Virus record (IMG/VR): IMGVR_UViG_3300031673_000039
Location: 1 to 61,707 of that record
Direction: 5' to 3' (one strand)
Source: a virus
DNA: 61,707 bases
A program made the translations under genes and the position numbers. Shown one piece after another: positions 24,653-37,244 of this stretch; position 1 is the stretch's first letter; every line of letters begins with the position of its first letter. The notes under the pieces are model-generated. The model was not told the origin of the DNA, did no database searches, and worked only from the letters and a program-made list of their open reading frames with translations.

Positions 24653-26233
24653 ATGCAAACAAAATCTCTCGGGCCATTCCTCGGCATCAACAACCGGCTG
24701 CCGGACACGGCCCTGCATGTGCCCAGAACTGGCGACTTCCTGAGCGCCGCGGAGAACGTGGACATTGACGACGCCGGCAGGATTCACCGCCGCGCCGGGA
24801 CCGCTCTGCTGCAAGCGATGGCCAACGCCCACTCCCTGCACATGACGAGCGAGACGACAGGCTTCATGGTCAGGGCTTCGGTGCTCTACGCCGTTACGTT
24901 GCCGGCCTACACCGAGACGCTGCTCAAGGTGCTGGCCAGCGATGCCCGCATGAGTTACGCCGTACTGGGCGACAGCTGGTATTTCTCCAACGGCACGGAC
25001 CGCGGGCGCGTCACCGCAGGCGTGACCTATCCAATGGGGCTGCCTACGCCGGCATCCCCTGCGGTGGCTCTGATTGGTGGCGAGCTCCTCAAGGGTGACT
25101 ATCAGGTCAGCGTCAGCTACAGCAACAGCGTGACCGGCGAGGAGGGCGGGGCGGCGGCCTCGACCAACTACACCCTCGCCAGCACGGGCGGCCTGCGCGT
25201 CACGCTGCCGGCGGCCACGTCCGGAGCGACCCACATCAACGTATACCTGTCGGCAGCCAACGGTGAAGTGCCGACGCTCGCCGCGGCAGTCGCCCTCGGT
25301 ACCGCGAGCTACGACCTGATCGCCCTGGCGACGGGCAGGGAGACCACTGGGCGCTACGAGGCCCCGCTACCCGCCGGGACGTTGTTCAACCACAACGGAA
25401 GGTTGTGCTCGTTCTCAGGCAGCCTGCTCTACGTTGGCCTGCCGTTTCGCCCCGGCTACTACTTGCCGGCAGAAGGGTATATCCCGTTCCCCAGCGCAAT
25501 CAACGTCGCGGCGCCGAACCAGGGCGGGGTCTACGTGGCAGCGGACAAGACCTACTTCATCCCCGGCGACCTGGGCAACGTGGAGTCCACCATACTGGAC
25601 GTGCTGCCCTACGGCGCAGTGCCTGGCACGGTCTTCACCCACCCCGCCAAGACGATCGTGGGCTGGTTCGGCGCGAGGGGCTTCGTGCTGGCGGACACAC
25701 AGGGCGGGGCCGAGGCCGTGATGACCGAGAACGTCAACGTGGTCCCGCCGACTAGCGGGGTTGCGACGGTGAGCGACTGCGACGGCTACTTCCGGGCCAT
25801 GTCCTGCGGCTGGTGCATCAACCTAACCAGCAACGCAGCAACGAGCTACGCGGGTTGGGACTTTACTTCCACGTCTGGGAGCTATGGTACGAAGGCGGAC
25901 GGGATTTACTCGCTGCACACCGCGGGGCCGGTGGACGCGACGGTGGGCTTCGGCAAGCAGAACTTCGGCACGGAAGTGCTCAAACACTTGCCGGCGGTAT
26001 ACCTGGGTGTGAATGCGCCCAGCGCCATGAGGCTCCGTGTCCAGGCGCCGAACGCGGTAGACTACACCTACAGCGCGCGCAGCATCTCGGCGGACACCCA
26101 GATGCAGCGGGTCGACCCCGGTAAAGGACTGCGAGCCACCTGGTTCGACCTGACGCTGATGAACACCGACGGGGCCGATTTCACACTGGCGACGGTGTCC
26201 TTCGCGCCGACCACCACTACAAGGAGAATCTGA
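24653..26233 (+). CDS. Tail protein (526 aa), function unknown
   Basis: ATG at 24653 after AAAGGAAA. The track start at 24629 overlaps the upstream gene without an RBS. Confidence 0.65.
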   Translation: MQTKSLGPFLGINNRLPDTALHVPRTGDFLSAAENVDIDDAGRIHRRAGTALLQAMANAHSLHMTSETTGFMVRASVLYAVTLPAYTETLLKVLASDARMSYAVLGDSWYFSNGTDRGRVTAGVTYPMGLPTPASPAVALIGGELLKGDYQVSVSYSNSVTGEEGGAAASTNYTLASTGGLRVTLPAATSGATHINVYLSAANGEVPTLAAAVALGTASYDLIALATGRETTGRYEAPLPAGTLFNHNGRLCSFSGSLLYVGLPFRPGYYLPAEGYIPFPSAINVAAPNQGGVYVAADKTYFIPGDLGNVESTILDVLPYGAVPGTVFTHPAKTIVGWFGARGFVLADTQGGAEAVMTENVNVVPPTSGVATVSDCDGYFRAMSCGWCINLTSNAATSYAGWDFTSTSGSYGTKADGIYSLHTAGPVDATVGFGKQNFGTEVLKHLPAVYLGVNAPSAMRLRVQAPNAVDYTYSARSISADTQMQRVDPGKGLRATWFDLTLMNTDGADFTLATVSFAPTTTTRRI

Positions 26234-26234
26234 C

Positions 26235-27257
26235 ATGGCCGACATTGTTTCCGTACCCGCTGGCAATTTCACCCCCGGTGCGCTTGCCGCGCTGCAAAAT
26301 ACCGCTGCGCTGATCAACGCCTCGTGGGGCCAGGCCAACCTGAAAACCACGGCGTTCGAGACGAAGATCGACGCCGTCGAGACCTGGCTCAGCGGCGCGG
26401 GCCTGATCGCCGACATCGCCGTCGCCGACGCCGCCGTTCCGACGGTCCTGGAGCCGACTGTAGCCATCCCCGCCACGCTGTCGACGACCGATGTCATGTC
26501 CCTGTTCGACACTAAGTACCTGGAGCTGGTGGCGCTGCTGTCGACCAAGTTCACCGACTTCAGGACGACGTATTTCCCGGACGAGAGCGCGGCGTACACG
26601 GCTGCCGAGGACTGGCTACAAGGCGCGCTGGCCAACCCCAGCGTTGGGCTCCCGGCTGCGGTCGCCGCGCAGCTGCTGGAGGAAGACCGCTCGCGCGTCC
26701 TGGCTGAGGTGGCGAGGGCCTCGGATGCCGTGCTGAGCACTTTCGCCGCCCGCCGCTTCCCGCTTCCACCCGGCGCGGCCGCCGGTGCGGTACTGCAAAT
26801 CCAGCAGAAAGGGCAGGACGATCTGGCCGCGTCGAGCCGCAAAATTACAGGGCTGTCCGTCGAGATGATGAAGTTCGCAGTGGAAAAGACCCTGGGCATG
26901 CGCCAGATAGCCCTGAACTCAGCGGTCGAGTACATCAAGGCGCTGGCCTCCGGCCCCGAGATGGCCAGCCAGCTCGTGGGCATCGGGTACGACGCGCAGA
27001 GTAAGCTGATCTCGTCGGCGTCCAGTTTCTACAGCGCGCGTACTGACGCGGCGAAGCTGGTCAGCCAGGTGCAGCAGTTCAACGTCACGGCCAAGCTGCA
27101 GGCGGACGAAAAGAACCAGGCGGTGGACATCGAACTGGTCGAGGACCGCCTGAAAGCCCTGTTGTCCGAGTCCAACGCACTGGCGCAGATGGCCGCCTCA
27201 ATGTTCAACAACCTGCATGCATCGGCGGGAACTTCCTACGCGGTAAACGGGACTTAA
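26235..27257 (+). CDS. Hypothetical virion protein (340 aa)
   Basis: Clean ORF abutting the upstream stop. Confidence 0.6.
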   Translation: MADIVSVPAGNFTPGALAALQNTAALINASWGQANLKTTAFETKIDAVETWLSGAGLIADIAVADAAVPTVLEPTVAIPATLSTTDVMSLFDTKYLELVALLSTKFTDFRTTYFPDESAAYTAAEDWLQGALANPSVGLPAAVAAQLLEEDRSRVLAEVARASDAVLSTFAARRFPLPPGAAAGAVLQIQQKGQDDLAASSRKITGLSVEMMKFAVEKTLGMRQIALNSAVEYIKALASGPEMASQLVGIGYDAQSKLISSASSFYSARTDAAKLVSQVQQFNVTAKLQADEKNQAVDIELVEDRLKALLSESNALAQMAASMFNNLHASAGTSYAVNGT

Positions 27258-27274
27258 TGCAGTGTGGTACGATG

Positions 27275-27296
27275 CTCTAATACGCTATAATTCAGA
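27275..27296 (+). promoter_or_regulatory. Degenerate copy of the recurrent motif with a TATAAT box
   Basis: CTCTAATACGCTATAATTCAGA in the gap before gene 27315. Confidence 0.35.
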
Positions 27297-27314
27297 CTCA
27301 CTGAGAGGTACGCC

Positions 27315-29816
<2,502 letters not shown>

Positions 29817-29833
29817 TTACGCGAGGAGGTCAC

Positions 29834-30139
29834 ATGAAAAAGATCGTGTTGCTGATGTTGCTCGCTAGTGTACCCTCGGTCCAGGCTGAGAAATGGGTCT
29901 ACAGTCGCGACAAGGTGCTGATGTACGACACTGATTCCATTGCTCGGAAAGGCGCATTCTCCGAGATGAGCTTGTCAGAGTTTGGCAGCGTTCGTTTTGA
30001 TTGTGTCAAGAGTGGGTTCCTGCGCATCTCATCCCCGACCGCTATGCAAGAGGGTTGGCGGGAGGTTCACAAAGGCTTTCCTATGGAAGAGGCACGAACG
30101 GCCGCGTGCAGTAAGCAATGGGAGTTCTGGAAGCGATGA
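29834..30139 (+). CDS. Secreted/periplasmic small protein (101 aa) with a signal peptide
   Basis: GAGGAGG RBS. MKKIVLLMLLASVPSVQA-EK is a signal-peptide-like N-terminus. Confidence 0.65.
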   Translation: MKKIVLLMLLASVPSVQAEKWVYSRDKVLMYDTDSIARKGAFSEMSLSEFGSVRFDCVKSGFLRISSPTAMQEGWREVHKGFPMEEARTAACSKQWEFWKR

Positions 30140-30267
30140 AAATCATCATTGGCGCGGTAATAGGTGGGTTTCTCGGGTCGTCTGTGGGCATCGTCGCTTT
30201 CGGAGGCGGTTTCAACGGGATGATTCCCGGTGCCATCCTCGGCGCGATTATTGTGGGCAGCTTATAA
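30136..30267 (+). CDS. Glycine-zipper membrane peptide (43 aa, below the track cutoff)
   Basis: ATGA overlap with 29834..30139. MKIIIGAVIGGFLGSSVGIVAFGGGFNGMIPGAILGAIIVGSL has GxxxG-type repeats. Confidence 0.5.
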   Translation: MKIIIGAVIGGFLGSSVGIVAFGGGFNGMIPGAILGAIIVGSL

Positions 30268-30270
30268 AAA

Positions 30271-30295
30271 ACAGCAGGCCGACAGCCTGCTGTTT
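30271..30295 (+). terminator. Hairpin terminator candidate closing the moron
   Basis: ACAGCAGGC-CGACA-GCCTGCTGT followed by TT. Poly-A upstream, so it may act in both directions. Confidence 0.55.
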
Positions 30296-30307
30296 CCACG
30301 TATAATA

Positions 30308-30330
30308 CTCTAACAAAATCTGACAGATAG
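30308..30330 (+). promoter_or_regulatory. Recurrent motif copy upstream of the 2275-aa gene
   Basis: CTCTAACAAAATCTGACAGATAG, preceded by TATAAT at 30301-30306. Confidence 0.4.
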
Positions 30331-30340
30331 GACACAGATC

Positions 30341-33300
30341 ATGGCTGGACTTCGCGACGTTCTCGACCCCACTCAACCTCGTAAACTCTCGCCAATACTT
30401 CGGGGAATATATGAGGCCCCTGTGCTGGCCGAGCCTATTCAACAGGTCGCCCTTGAAAACACCGGCGACTTCGGACGAGGTCTACGTAGCGCTGCGACCG
30501 GCGCAGTCGGCTCCGTGCAGCGCTATGTCGGGGCAAATGAGGCGGCCCGTGAGAACCAGCTCGAAGCACAGCAGTGGGCGCCGGAAATTCAGACCACCGA
30601 CCAGGTCGACGGCTTCGGCACAGGCATCCGCTACGTGGCCGGCAAGCTCGGCGAAGCGGCAGGTTCCATCCCCATTGCCCTAGCCGGCGGCGTCGGTGGC
30701 AGACTGCTCGCGGGCACGAAAGGCGCCTACCTCGGTGCCACAGCAGCCTACCAGCCGGTCATGGCAGGTGGCCACATGCAGGACTTGGATGCAAACCCGA
30801 ATACCGCAGGCATGAGCGAGACGGATAAGCGCATCCGTGCCACCGGCATCGGCGCTGCCCAGGCAGTCGTCGAAGGGGCAGGCCCTGCCTGGGCAATCAA
30901 CCGCTTCGCCAAGCCCACCGCGTTGCTCAAGCCCGGCTTCGGCGAAGCTGTCAAGCGCGCAGGTGGCGTGCTAGCCACGGACGCAGCTCTTGAAGGCGCG
31001 GGCGCGGCGGCCTCTGACGTGATGGGCCAGGGCAGCATCATGCAGCTCGACCCGACGACGCGTTACAACCCCCGCCAGACATTCGAAGCGGGCGTCGGCG
31101 AAGCCGTCGGCGGCGCAGGCATGGGCACAGTTCACGCGCCGCTGACCGTAGCGCACGACTACATGGACGCGGGGGCGCGGGGCGCAGCAGACCTTGCCGT
31201 GCGCGGCGCAAAGGCCTCTCCCGGCGTGATAGAAGACGCGCTCAGCGCAGGGAAAGCGGGGGTCGATGCTGCTACAAAAGGTTTCGAGAATCCCTTCCGT
31301 ACGTCCGCCGACTTCCGCGCCAAGCACCCCGAGATGGACGGCTTAGTGAACCCTCCACCGATACCCGACTCGTTCACGACTGCGCCGCAAGCGGCGCAGG
31401 TAGCCTTCATGGACAACTACGAGGCTACGCAGAATACGGCGGCGCGAACCGTCGCCCAGCGCATCCTGGCTGACGAGTATGCCTCGAACGCCGACAAACA
31501 CGCTGCTCAGTCTATGCTGGAGAGCTCAGACCCGCAGGCGTGGGAAACTTTCAGCAAAGGCGTGGTGTTCCGTCAGAAGAAGGATCAGACAGCTGCCTCT
31601 CTCGGGCAAGCCGCCTCGGTCATGCGCAAGCAGTTTGAGGCGCTGCAGGGGAAGATCAAGGGCAAGCTCGACGACCTCGGGGCCAAGGCAGACCTCGCAG
31701 GCATCAAGCACAACCTCGAGCGGACGCAGCAGGACATCGACTTCGAAGCCGCCATGGCGCCGACGTTGAAGACCGTCCATGCGCTGGGCGGCGAGGCTGA
31801 CGTGGCCGGCCCGACGATTGACATCCTCAAGCGCTTCGTGCTGTCGCGCTACGGCAAGGACGCTCAGCCGGACGGCTTTGCAGACATCCCTGACGCGCTG
31901 ATTCGTGTCTACGGCGACAGCACGCCGGGGCTGGCCGCTAAGGCATTCGACTCATTGCGGCGACTAGGTATGACCCCGGGCTACGAGTCGAACGCAGTGG
32001 AGAATCTCACCGCCGAGGTGGCCCAAGCTGTGAAGCTGCGCACTTCCCACTACAAAGCGGTGGAAGACGTTATCCGCGATAATCTTGTGCCGAGCAAGCT
32101 GGACACGATGCGTGATGACACTGTGCCCGACCTGGCCGACATGATCTCGCGCTACCTTGATAAAGGCGGGCGCGACGAACGTGTTGAGGGCGTGCTCGAT
32201 GAGCACTTCGGCGTGCATAAGGACATGATCCTCGAGAAGATCGACGCGCTGCGAGGCGACCACAGCCCCGGCGTGGCTCGCTACGGCGTAGACAAGGCCG
32301 CTACCGAGTACGGCGACGAAGGGTTCGGCAACGACAAGGCTGTAGATGAGAACCCCTTCGAGAGTCCCACGACCGAGGTCGAAGCGGGTGTGAACTACCA
32401 CATGGGTGACGGCGGCAGAGCGTTCGACAAGACCTCCCCCTACTACGCCGATAACGTCCAGCGCGCGCAGGGCAAGCTGACTGACGGCAGCCAGGCGACG
32501 ACCTACGACGCGAAGGCGGGTGGGGACGTCGTCCGCCACGATATGATCAGCGTTGGTCAGCATGCCCGTGATAGTGGTGACAACACCGTGATGAACGATC
32601 TGATGGATGAGCACGGGCTGAATGAGAAACAGGTCAACGAGCGCTTCCAGGTAATGCGCACGCGCGACAAGATGCCCGACGAGGCCGAGCCTGTCGAGGT
32701 ACGTGCCCCTGAGCTGGCCGAGCCGGTGAGCAAGAACGGCAAGAACAACCCTCGCAGCTGGGGTGACGTGACAAGCACCCGCAAGATGGTGAACGGCAAG
32801 GCCGTGACCACCGACACTTCCACGATTGCTCACGGGCGCATCTTCCTGTCCAAGAAGAGTTCGGACTTGGTGAAGAGCGCAGGCGACGAGACGCTGCCCA
32901 AGCAGTTCGTCACCTCGGCGCAGAAGCTCATCGGCAAGATGCTGGAGCGCAAGACTGCCGGGGCCTTCGACGAGCGCACCGCCGAGATGACCGGGCCGCA
33001 GCAGAAACTCGCCCTGTTCGCAGTAGGGTTGACCTCGCTGCTGAACTCGGGCAAGTTCCACGATGAGGTACACATCAAGATGCCTGATGGCGCGATGAAG
33101 GCTGTCGATCTTTCCCATCTGGCCAAGATTCCGAAACCCGAAGAAGTACGAAATGGGATGAGTCGCGACGAGAGGGCTGCTGTTGAGAAGCGCAACATCG
33201 ACGCTTGGCGCGCAGCTGTGGAACGTAACTCTGCAGAGCTTAAGTCTAGCCTGAAGAGCCTGCCCGACGACTTCGTGCTGTACCAGGGCAAGGACTTCAA

Positions 33301-36300
33301 GGTCACGATGAAGGATGCGCTGGGCACGACTGACAAAGCGACACGGGCCGAGAAACAGAAGAAGGTCTGGAAGGACAAAGAAACCGGCAAAGAGGTCGCG
33401 CCGAAGTCACCGAACGAGAAGTTCGAGGTCAGCGATATCCCCACCATGACCCGTGATGAGTTGCGGGCTGAGTACGCGGCGACGAAGAAGAGCCTGGGCA
33501 GCGTGGAGAAGCAGCGCGCCAAGCTGGCTGAAGATAGTCCTGAGCGCGAGAAGCTGGCGGGCATCCGCGACGGGCTGCAGGCGAAGCTCGATGCGTTTGA
33601 AGAGGCCGGCAAGGAGATTGTGTACACGGGTAAGACAGACAAGAACGGCGACAGAATCCTGGCAAAATTTAAGGAGGGGGATCGTACCCCTGCCCCCGAA
33701 GGGTCAGCTACGCGCCGCCGCGAACAACGTGCTGGTATTGACGTTGGTACGGAGAAGAAAGAAACCGCTGGCGACGTGGGGCCGCGTACAGAAGGTGGCG
33801 GCCGCACTGAGCACCACGGTATCGGCGAGTCCGAAGAAATGGCCGCCAGCGCTCAGAAAGAACACGGCAACGAAGTGCGCGACTTCGACGAAGCGACGGG
33901 CGAGGTGAAACACAATATCCAGACTCTTCGCGCCACATCTGAAGCCAGAAAAGACACCGGGCGTGCCGAGCGCCATGCTGTACAGGACGCTTTGCCGAAG
34001 AGCAGGGCGCAGGAAGCTGGGGCACGCGTGGGGCCTGTAGGTCGCACAGACCAAGGCTCTGCCCAAGACCTCCACAGTAACCCCGGCGGACTGACTTTGG
34101 CCACACTACTTGGCCGCGCTGGAGGATTCCGCATAGTCGAAGGGCTCAAAGTTCAGCTGAACAAAGATGGCGCCGTGGCTGAGATTACCTGGGGGAATAT
34201 GCCCTACACATCTAAACGGTTCATTGACAAATTTGGTAGCGACATATTACTCGCAGCCCAACGAGCGGCGCAGGCCAAGGCCCTCGGGGAGAGTCCAAAG
34301 TTGACTGACATTCAGGTGGTAATGCGCCTGGGAAAGTCTGACGGCATGGCCGGTGCAGTCGGCGTGAAGCACAACATGGAGTCGACCGGAGAAGAACCCA
34401 CCAGTGCAAGCACCAAGGAAGGTCAAGCCGCTCTGCGGGAAGAGCTTACCCACCTCCTAGGTAAGGATGTGAGCCTGCTGTTCCGCGAGAAAGGGGTGCT
34501 CTCGGGGTCGGCAGAATGGACGAATAACCCTGAGACGCAGGTATCGTTAATCGAGATCGCCGTCAACGCCCTCGACCCGATGTCCAAGCTCTACCACGAG
34601 TCCATGCATGAGTTCTTCCAGCGCGCGCTCGACGACAAGAACTTGGGAGGCATTCACGAGACCCTGCGCAAGGCTGCCAGCAGCGAGCTTGTGCTGCGGC
34701 AAATGCAGCGCCACTTCGCCGCTGAGCCTGAAGTCAAGGCCCAGCTCGAGTCAGACCCTACCGAGCGAGTGGCCTACATGTTCCAGCTCTGGGCGGCGGG
34801 CAAGCTGCACGTTGGCCCACAGACCGAGACCGTGTTCCGCAAGCTGATCAACATGGTCAAGAAAGTCCTCGGCATGATGACCTCCGACCAGAAGGCGCTG
34901 GAGATCATGGAGCAGTTCGCCTCGGGCAACATGTCCGACCGCGGGGCGATGGCGCGAGTGCTCAATACTCAGGAGGCTCGCGGTGCGTATCTACGCAAAG
35001 TCGGCGCGGTCATGAAGCCGGTGGTCGAGCGCGGCGCGGAGATCGTCGGCTTTGCCGAGAACATCCTGGCCGATAGCGGCAACCCCGCGCTGATCCGCGT
35101 CGGCAAGCAGTTCAACAACAAGACCGGCTCGCAGGGCGACAAGCAGGGGCTGCTTTCGGCGGAGGCGCAGGCGCAGAACAAGTACATGAACGAGTTCGCC
35201 AAGGCGCTGCGCCACGGCGACAAGGAGGATGTGCGCCTTGCCATGGAGGGCCTGCAGAAGAAAGAGGACCATGCTGACCCTATCGTGCGCAAGATACAGG
35301 ACGACGTGAAGGCCGTGTTCAAGCGCATGTACACTTACATGGCCGACGCAGGTGTCATGCGCTGGGACGAGAAGGCCGGCGATAAAGGCGAATGGGTGCC
35401 GGTCGGGAAGATCGACGACTACCGCCTGCCGGTATCGTGGGACGCGTCGAAGATCATCGCCCACAGCGAGAAGTTCAAGGCACTGCTGTTCGAGCATCAC
35501 GCCAAAGAACTTGATGCGATAGCCAAGACCGCCAACAAGGAGGTAGCCGACAGGCAGGGCGCAGGTCAGTACACCGCAAGCCAGGAGAAGCTGGCGAACC
35601 CGGATGGTGTGGCCCTCACTGCCGACAACATCGCCGACGCGCTGATCAAGCGCTTGATCAGCACCAATGGTCAGGTCGAACTGAAGGAGTCGTCGAATGC
35701 ACTGGGGTTCAGTCCATTCATGAAGTCGGTCAACGAGCGCAGCCTGGACTGGATCAATCAGTCGGTGTTCCACGAGTTCCAGGAAAAGGACATGGCGAAA
35801 ATACTCTCTACCTATGTCGGTCAGGCGACCAAACGCGCTGAGTACAGCCGGCGCTTCGGCCCTGATGGCGGCAAGCTGCAGGACGAGATGAACACCGCGT
35901 GGGAACACGAGATCGACAAGATCATGAAGGAGAAGTACAAGGTCGATGGTGCGGTGGCTACAGCAAAAGTAGCTAACGCCACAGAGTGGGAGGCCGCGCT
36001 GGGTAAACTCGCTGAAGGCGTTGACAGCAAAGCTGTTACCACCCAGGCAGCGAAGCGGCTCGAACCCGCCCGGCGTGCGGTCATGGCCATGGAGGGCACG
36101 CTCGGGCACGACATCAGTCCGCTAGCGCGCAAGGTCAACGCCTACAGCATCGTCTACCAGAACATGCGCCTGCTGGGCTACTCCATGTTCTCCAACCTCA
36201 TCGACCCGCTCGGCATCGTGGTGCGTGGGGGTGAATTCAAGGACGCCTACGCCACCTTCAAGAGGGGCATGCGCGACGTGGGTCGTGAGTGGGGGACACT

Positions 36301-37168
36301 GACCGGGCTACGCGAAGCAAAGGCGAGCGACCGCGACGAGGCTGTGAAAGTGGCCGAGATGATCGGCACCGTGGACAGCGCGGCGTTCATGTCGACGATG
36401 GGGAACATGTACGGCTCGCAGTACCTGGGCAAGTGGGCGCGCGAGGCGAACGACAACTTCTTCCGCTGGAACGGCATGGAGGCATTCAACAAGGCGATGC
36501 GCGTAGGCGCCACCCAGGCGGCGATTAGCTTCATCAAGCGCCACTACGAGGCGCCGAACAAGCATACTGAGCGCTACTTCAAGGAGCTGAACCTCGACCC
36601 GAAAGACATCAAGATTGGCGAGGACGGCAGGCTCAACGTGGAGAGTCCTGCCGTGCAGCAGGCCGTCATGCGCTGGGTGGATGGGGCGCAGCTGCGGCCG
36701 AATGCAGCCATGCGTCCGACCATGGCGAGCGACCCTCACTACGCTAGCTTCTACCACCTCAAGCAGTTCATGTACGCGATGCAGGCGGTGATCCTCAAGC
36801 GCGTACAGGTGGAGATCAAGAACGGCAACACCGACCCACTGATGCTGATGTTCGCAGGTTACGTCCCGATGATGCTGGCGGCGGACGCGGCGAAAGGTCT
36901 GCTGCAGGTGGCCACCGGCGGCGGAGCGCCGATCTGGGAGCATGAAGGCGTGGCTGGCGTCGTGTCACATGGTGTGCAGCGCGCAGGTCTGCTGGGAGTT
37001 GCCCAGATGGGTGTGGACGTTGCCTCTTACGGGCCGCTGGGCCTGGGTGGCCCTACGGTGGAACAGGTGGGCAGCGCGGTGGTTGACCCGCTCGGCAAGA
37101 CCGTGGCGGAAGCGGTTGCGGTTGGCCCTACGAACATGCTGCTGCGCGGCACGAATTGGGATAATTAA
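30341..37168 (+). CDS. Giant internal virion protein (2275 aa), candidate polyvalent/ejected protein with a zincin HExxH motif
   Basis: Single 6.8-kb ORF at the end of the structural module. Gly/Ala-rich hydrophobic N- and C-terminal segments. HESMH at aa 1419-1423 (nt 34595-34609) in the context LYHESMHEFFQ. Confidence 0.7.
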   Translation: MAGLRDVLDPTQPRKLSPILRGIYEAPVLAEPIQQVALENTGDFGRGLRSAATGAVGSVQRYVGANEAARENQLEAQQWAPEIQTTDQVDGFGTGIRYVAGKLGEAAGSIPIALAGGVGGRLLAGTKGAYLGATAAYQPVMAGGHMQDLDANPNTAGMSETDKRIRATGIGAAQAVVEGAGPAWAINRFAKPTALLKPGFGEAVKRAGGVLATDAALEGAGAAASDVMGQGSIMQLDPTTRYNPRQTFEAGVGEAVGGAGMGTVHAPLTVAHDYMDAGARGAADLAVRGAKASPGVIEDALSAGKAGVDAATKGFENPFRTSADFRAKHPEMDGLVNPPPIPDSFTTAPQAAQVAFMDNYEATQNTAARTVAQRILADEYASNADKHAAQSMLESSDPQAWETFSKGVVFRQKKDQTAASLGQAASVMRKQFEALQGKIKGKLDDLGAKADLAGIKHNLERTQQDIDFEAAMAPTLKTVHALGGEADVAGPTIDILKRFVLSRYGKDAQPDGFADIPDALIRVYGDSTPGLAAKAFDSLRRLGMTPGYESNAVENLTAEVAQAVKLRTSHYKAVEDVIRDNLVPSKLDTMRDDTVPDLADMISRYLDKGGRDERVEGVLDEHFGVHKDMILEKIDALRGDHSPGVARYGVDKAATEYGDEGFGNDKAVDENPFESPTTEVEAGVNYHMGDGGRAFDKTSPYYADNVQRAQGKLTDGSQATTYDAKAGGDVVRHDMISVGQHARDSGDNTVMNDLMDEHGLNEKQVNERFQVMRTRDKMPDEAEPVEVRAPELAEPVSKNGKNNPRSWGDVTSTRKMVNGKAVTTDTSTIAHGRIFLSKKSSDLVKSAGDETLPKQFVTSAQKLIGKMLERKTAGAFDERTAEMTGPQQKLALFAVGLTSLLNSGKFHDEVHIKMPDGAMKAVDLSHLAKIPKPEEVRNGMSRDERAAVEKRNIDAWRAAVERNSAELKSSLKSLPDDFVLYQGKDFKVTMKDALGTTDKATRAEKQKKVWKDKETGKEVAPKSPNEKFEVSDIPTMTRDELRAEYAATKKSLGSVEKQRAKLAEDSPEREKLAGIRDGLQAKLDAFEEAGKEIVYTGKTDKNGDRILAKFKEGDRTPAPEGSATRRREQRAGIDVGTEKKETAGDVGPRTEGGGRTEHHGIGESEEMAASAQKEHGNEVRDFDEATGEVKHNIQTLRATSEARKDTGRAERHAVQDALPKSRAQEAGARVGPVGRTDQGSAQDLHSNPGGLTLATLLGRAGGFRIVEGLKVQLNKDGAVAEITWGNMPYTSKRFIDKFGSDILLAAQRAAQAKALGESPKLTDIQVVMRLGKSDGMAGAVGVKHNMESTGEEPTSASTKEGQAALREELTHLLGKDVSLLFREKGVLSGSAEWTNNPETQVSLIEIAVNALDPMSKLYHESMHEFFQRALDDKNLGGIHETLRKAASSELVLRQMQRHFAAEPEVKAQLESDPTERVAYMFQLWAAGKLHVGPQTETVFRKLINMVKKVLGMMTSDQKALEIMEQFASGNMSDRGAMARVLNTQEARGAYLRKVGAVMKPVVERGAEIVGFAENILADSGNPALIRVGKQFNNKTGSQGDKQGLLSAEAQAQNKYMNEFAKALRHGDKEDVRLAMEGLQKKEDHADPIVRKIQDDVKAVFKRMYTYMADAGVMRWDEKAGDKGEWVPVGKIDDYRLPVSWDASKIIAHSEKFKALLFEHHAKELDAIAKTANKEVADRQGAGQYTASQEKLANPDGVALTADNIADALIKRLISTNGQVELKESSNALGFSPFMKSVNERSLDWINQSVFHEFQEKDMAKILSTYVGQATKRAEYSRRFGPDGGKLQDEMNTAWEHEIDKIMKEKYKVDGAVATAKVANATEWEAALGKLAEGVDSKAVTTQAAKRLEPARRAVMAMEGTLGHDISPLARKVNAYSIVYQNMRLLGYSMFSNLIDPLGIVVRGGEFKDAYATFKRGMRDVGREWGTLTGLREAKASDRDEAVKVAEMIGTVDSAAFMSTMGNMYGSQYLGKWAREANDNFFRWNGMEAFNKAMRVGATQAAISFIKRHYEAPNKHTERYFKELNLDPKDIKIGEDGRLNVESPAVQQAVMRWVDGAQLRPNAAMRPTMASDPHYASFYHLKQFMYAMQAVILKRVQVEIKNGNTDPLMLMFAGYVPMMLAADAAKGLLQVATGGGAPIWEHEGVAGVVSHGVQRAGLLGVAQMGVDVASYGPLGLGGPTVEQVGSAVVDPLGKTVAEAVAVGPTNMLLRGTNWDN

Positions 37169-37244
37169 GAAGCGTAGTGGTGGGCTTTTCGCCGTGGTAA
37201 AAAGGATGTGGTACACTTGTTTTTGAAATAAATGCGGGCAAAGA

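Noticed and set aside
30341-37168. N4-like virion RNA polymerase function for the giant protein
   Set aside because: I could not find T7-like RNAP motifs (motif A Asp, RxxxKxxxxxxYG motif B, motif C) by eye. Only an HExxH motif stands out.
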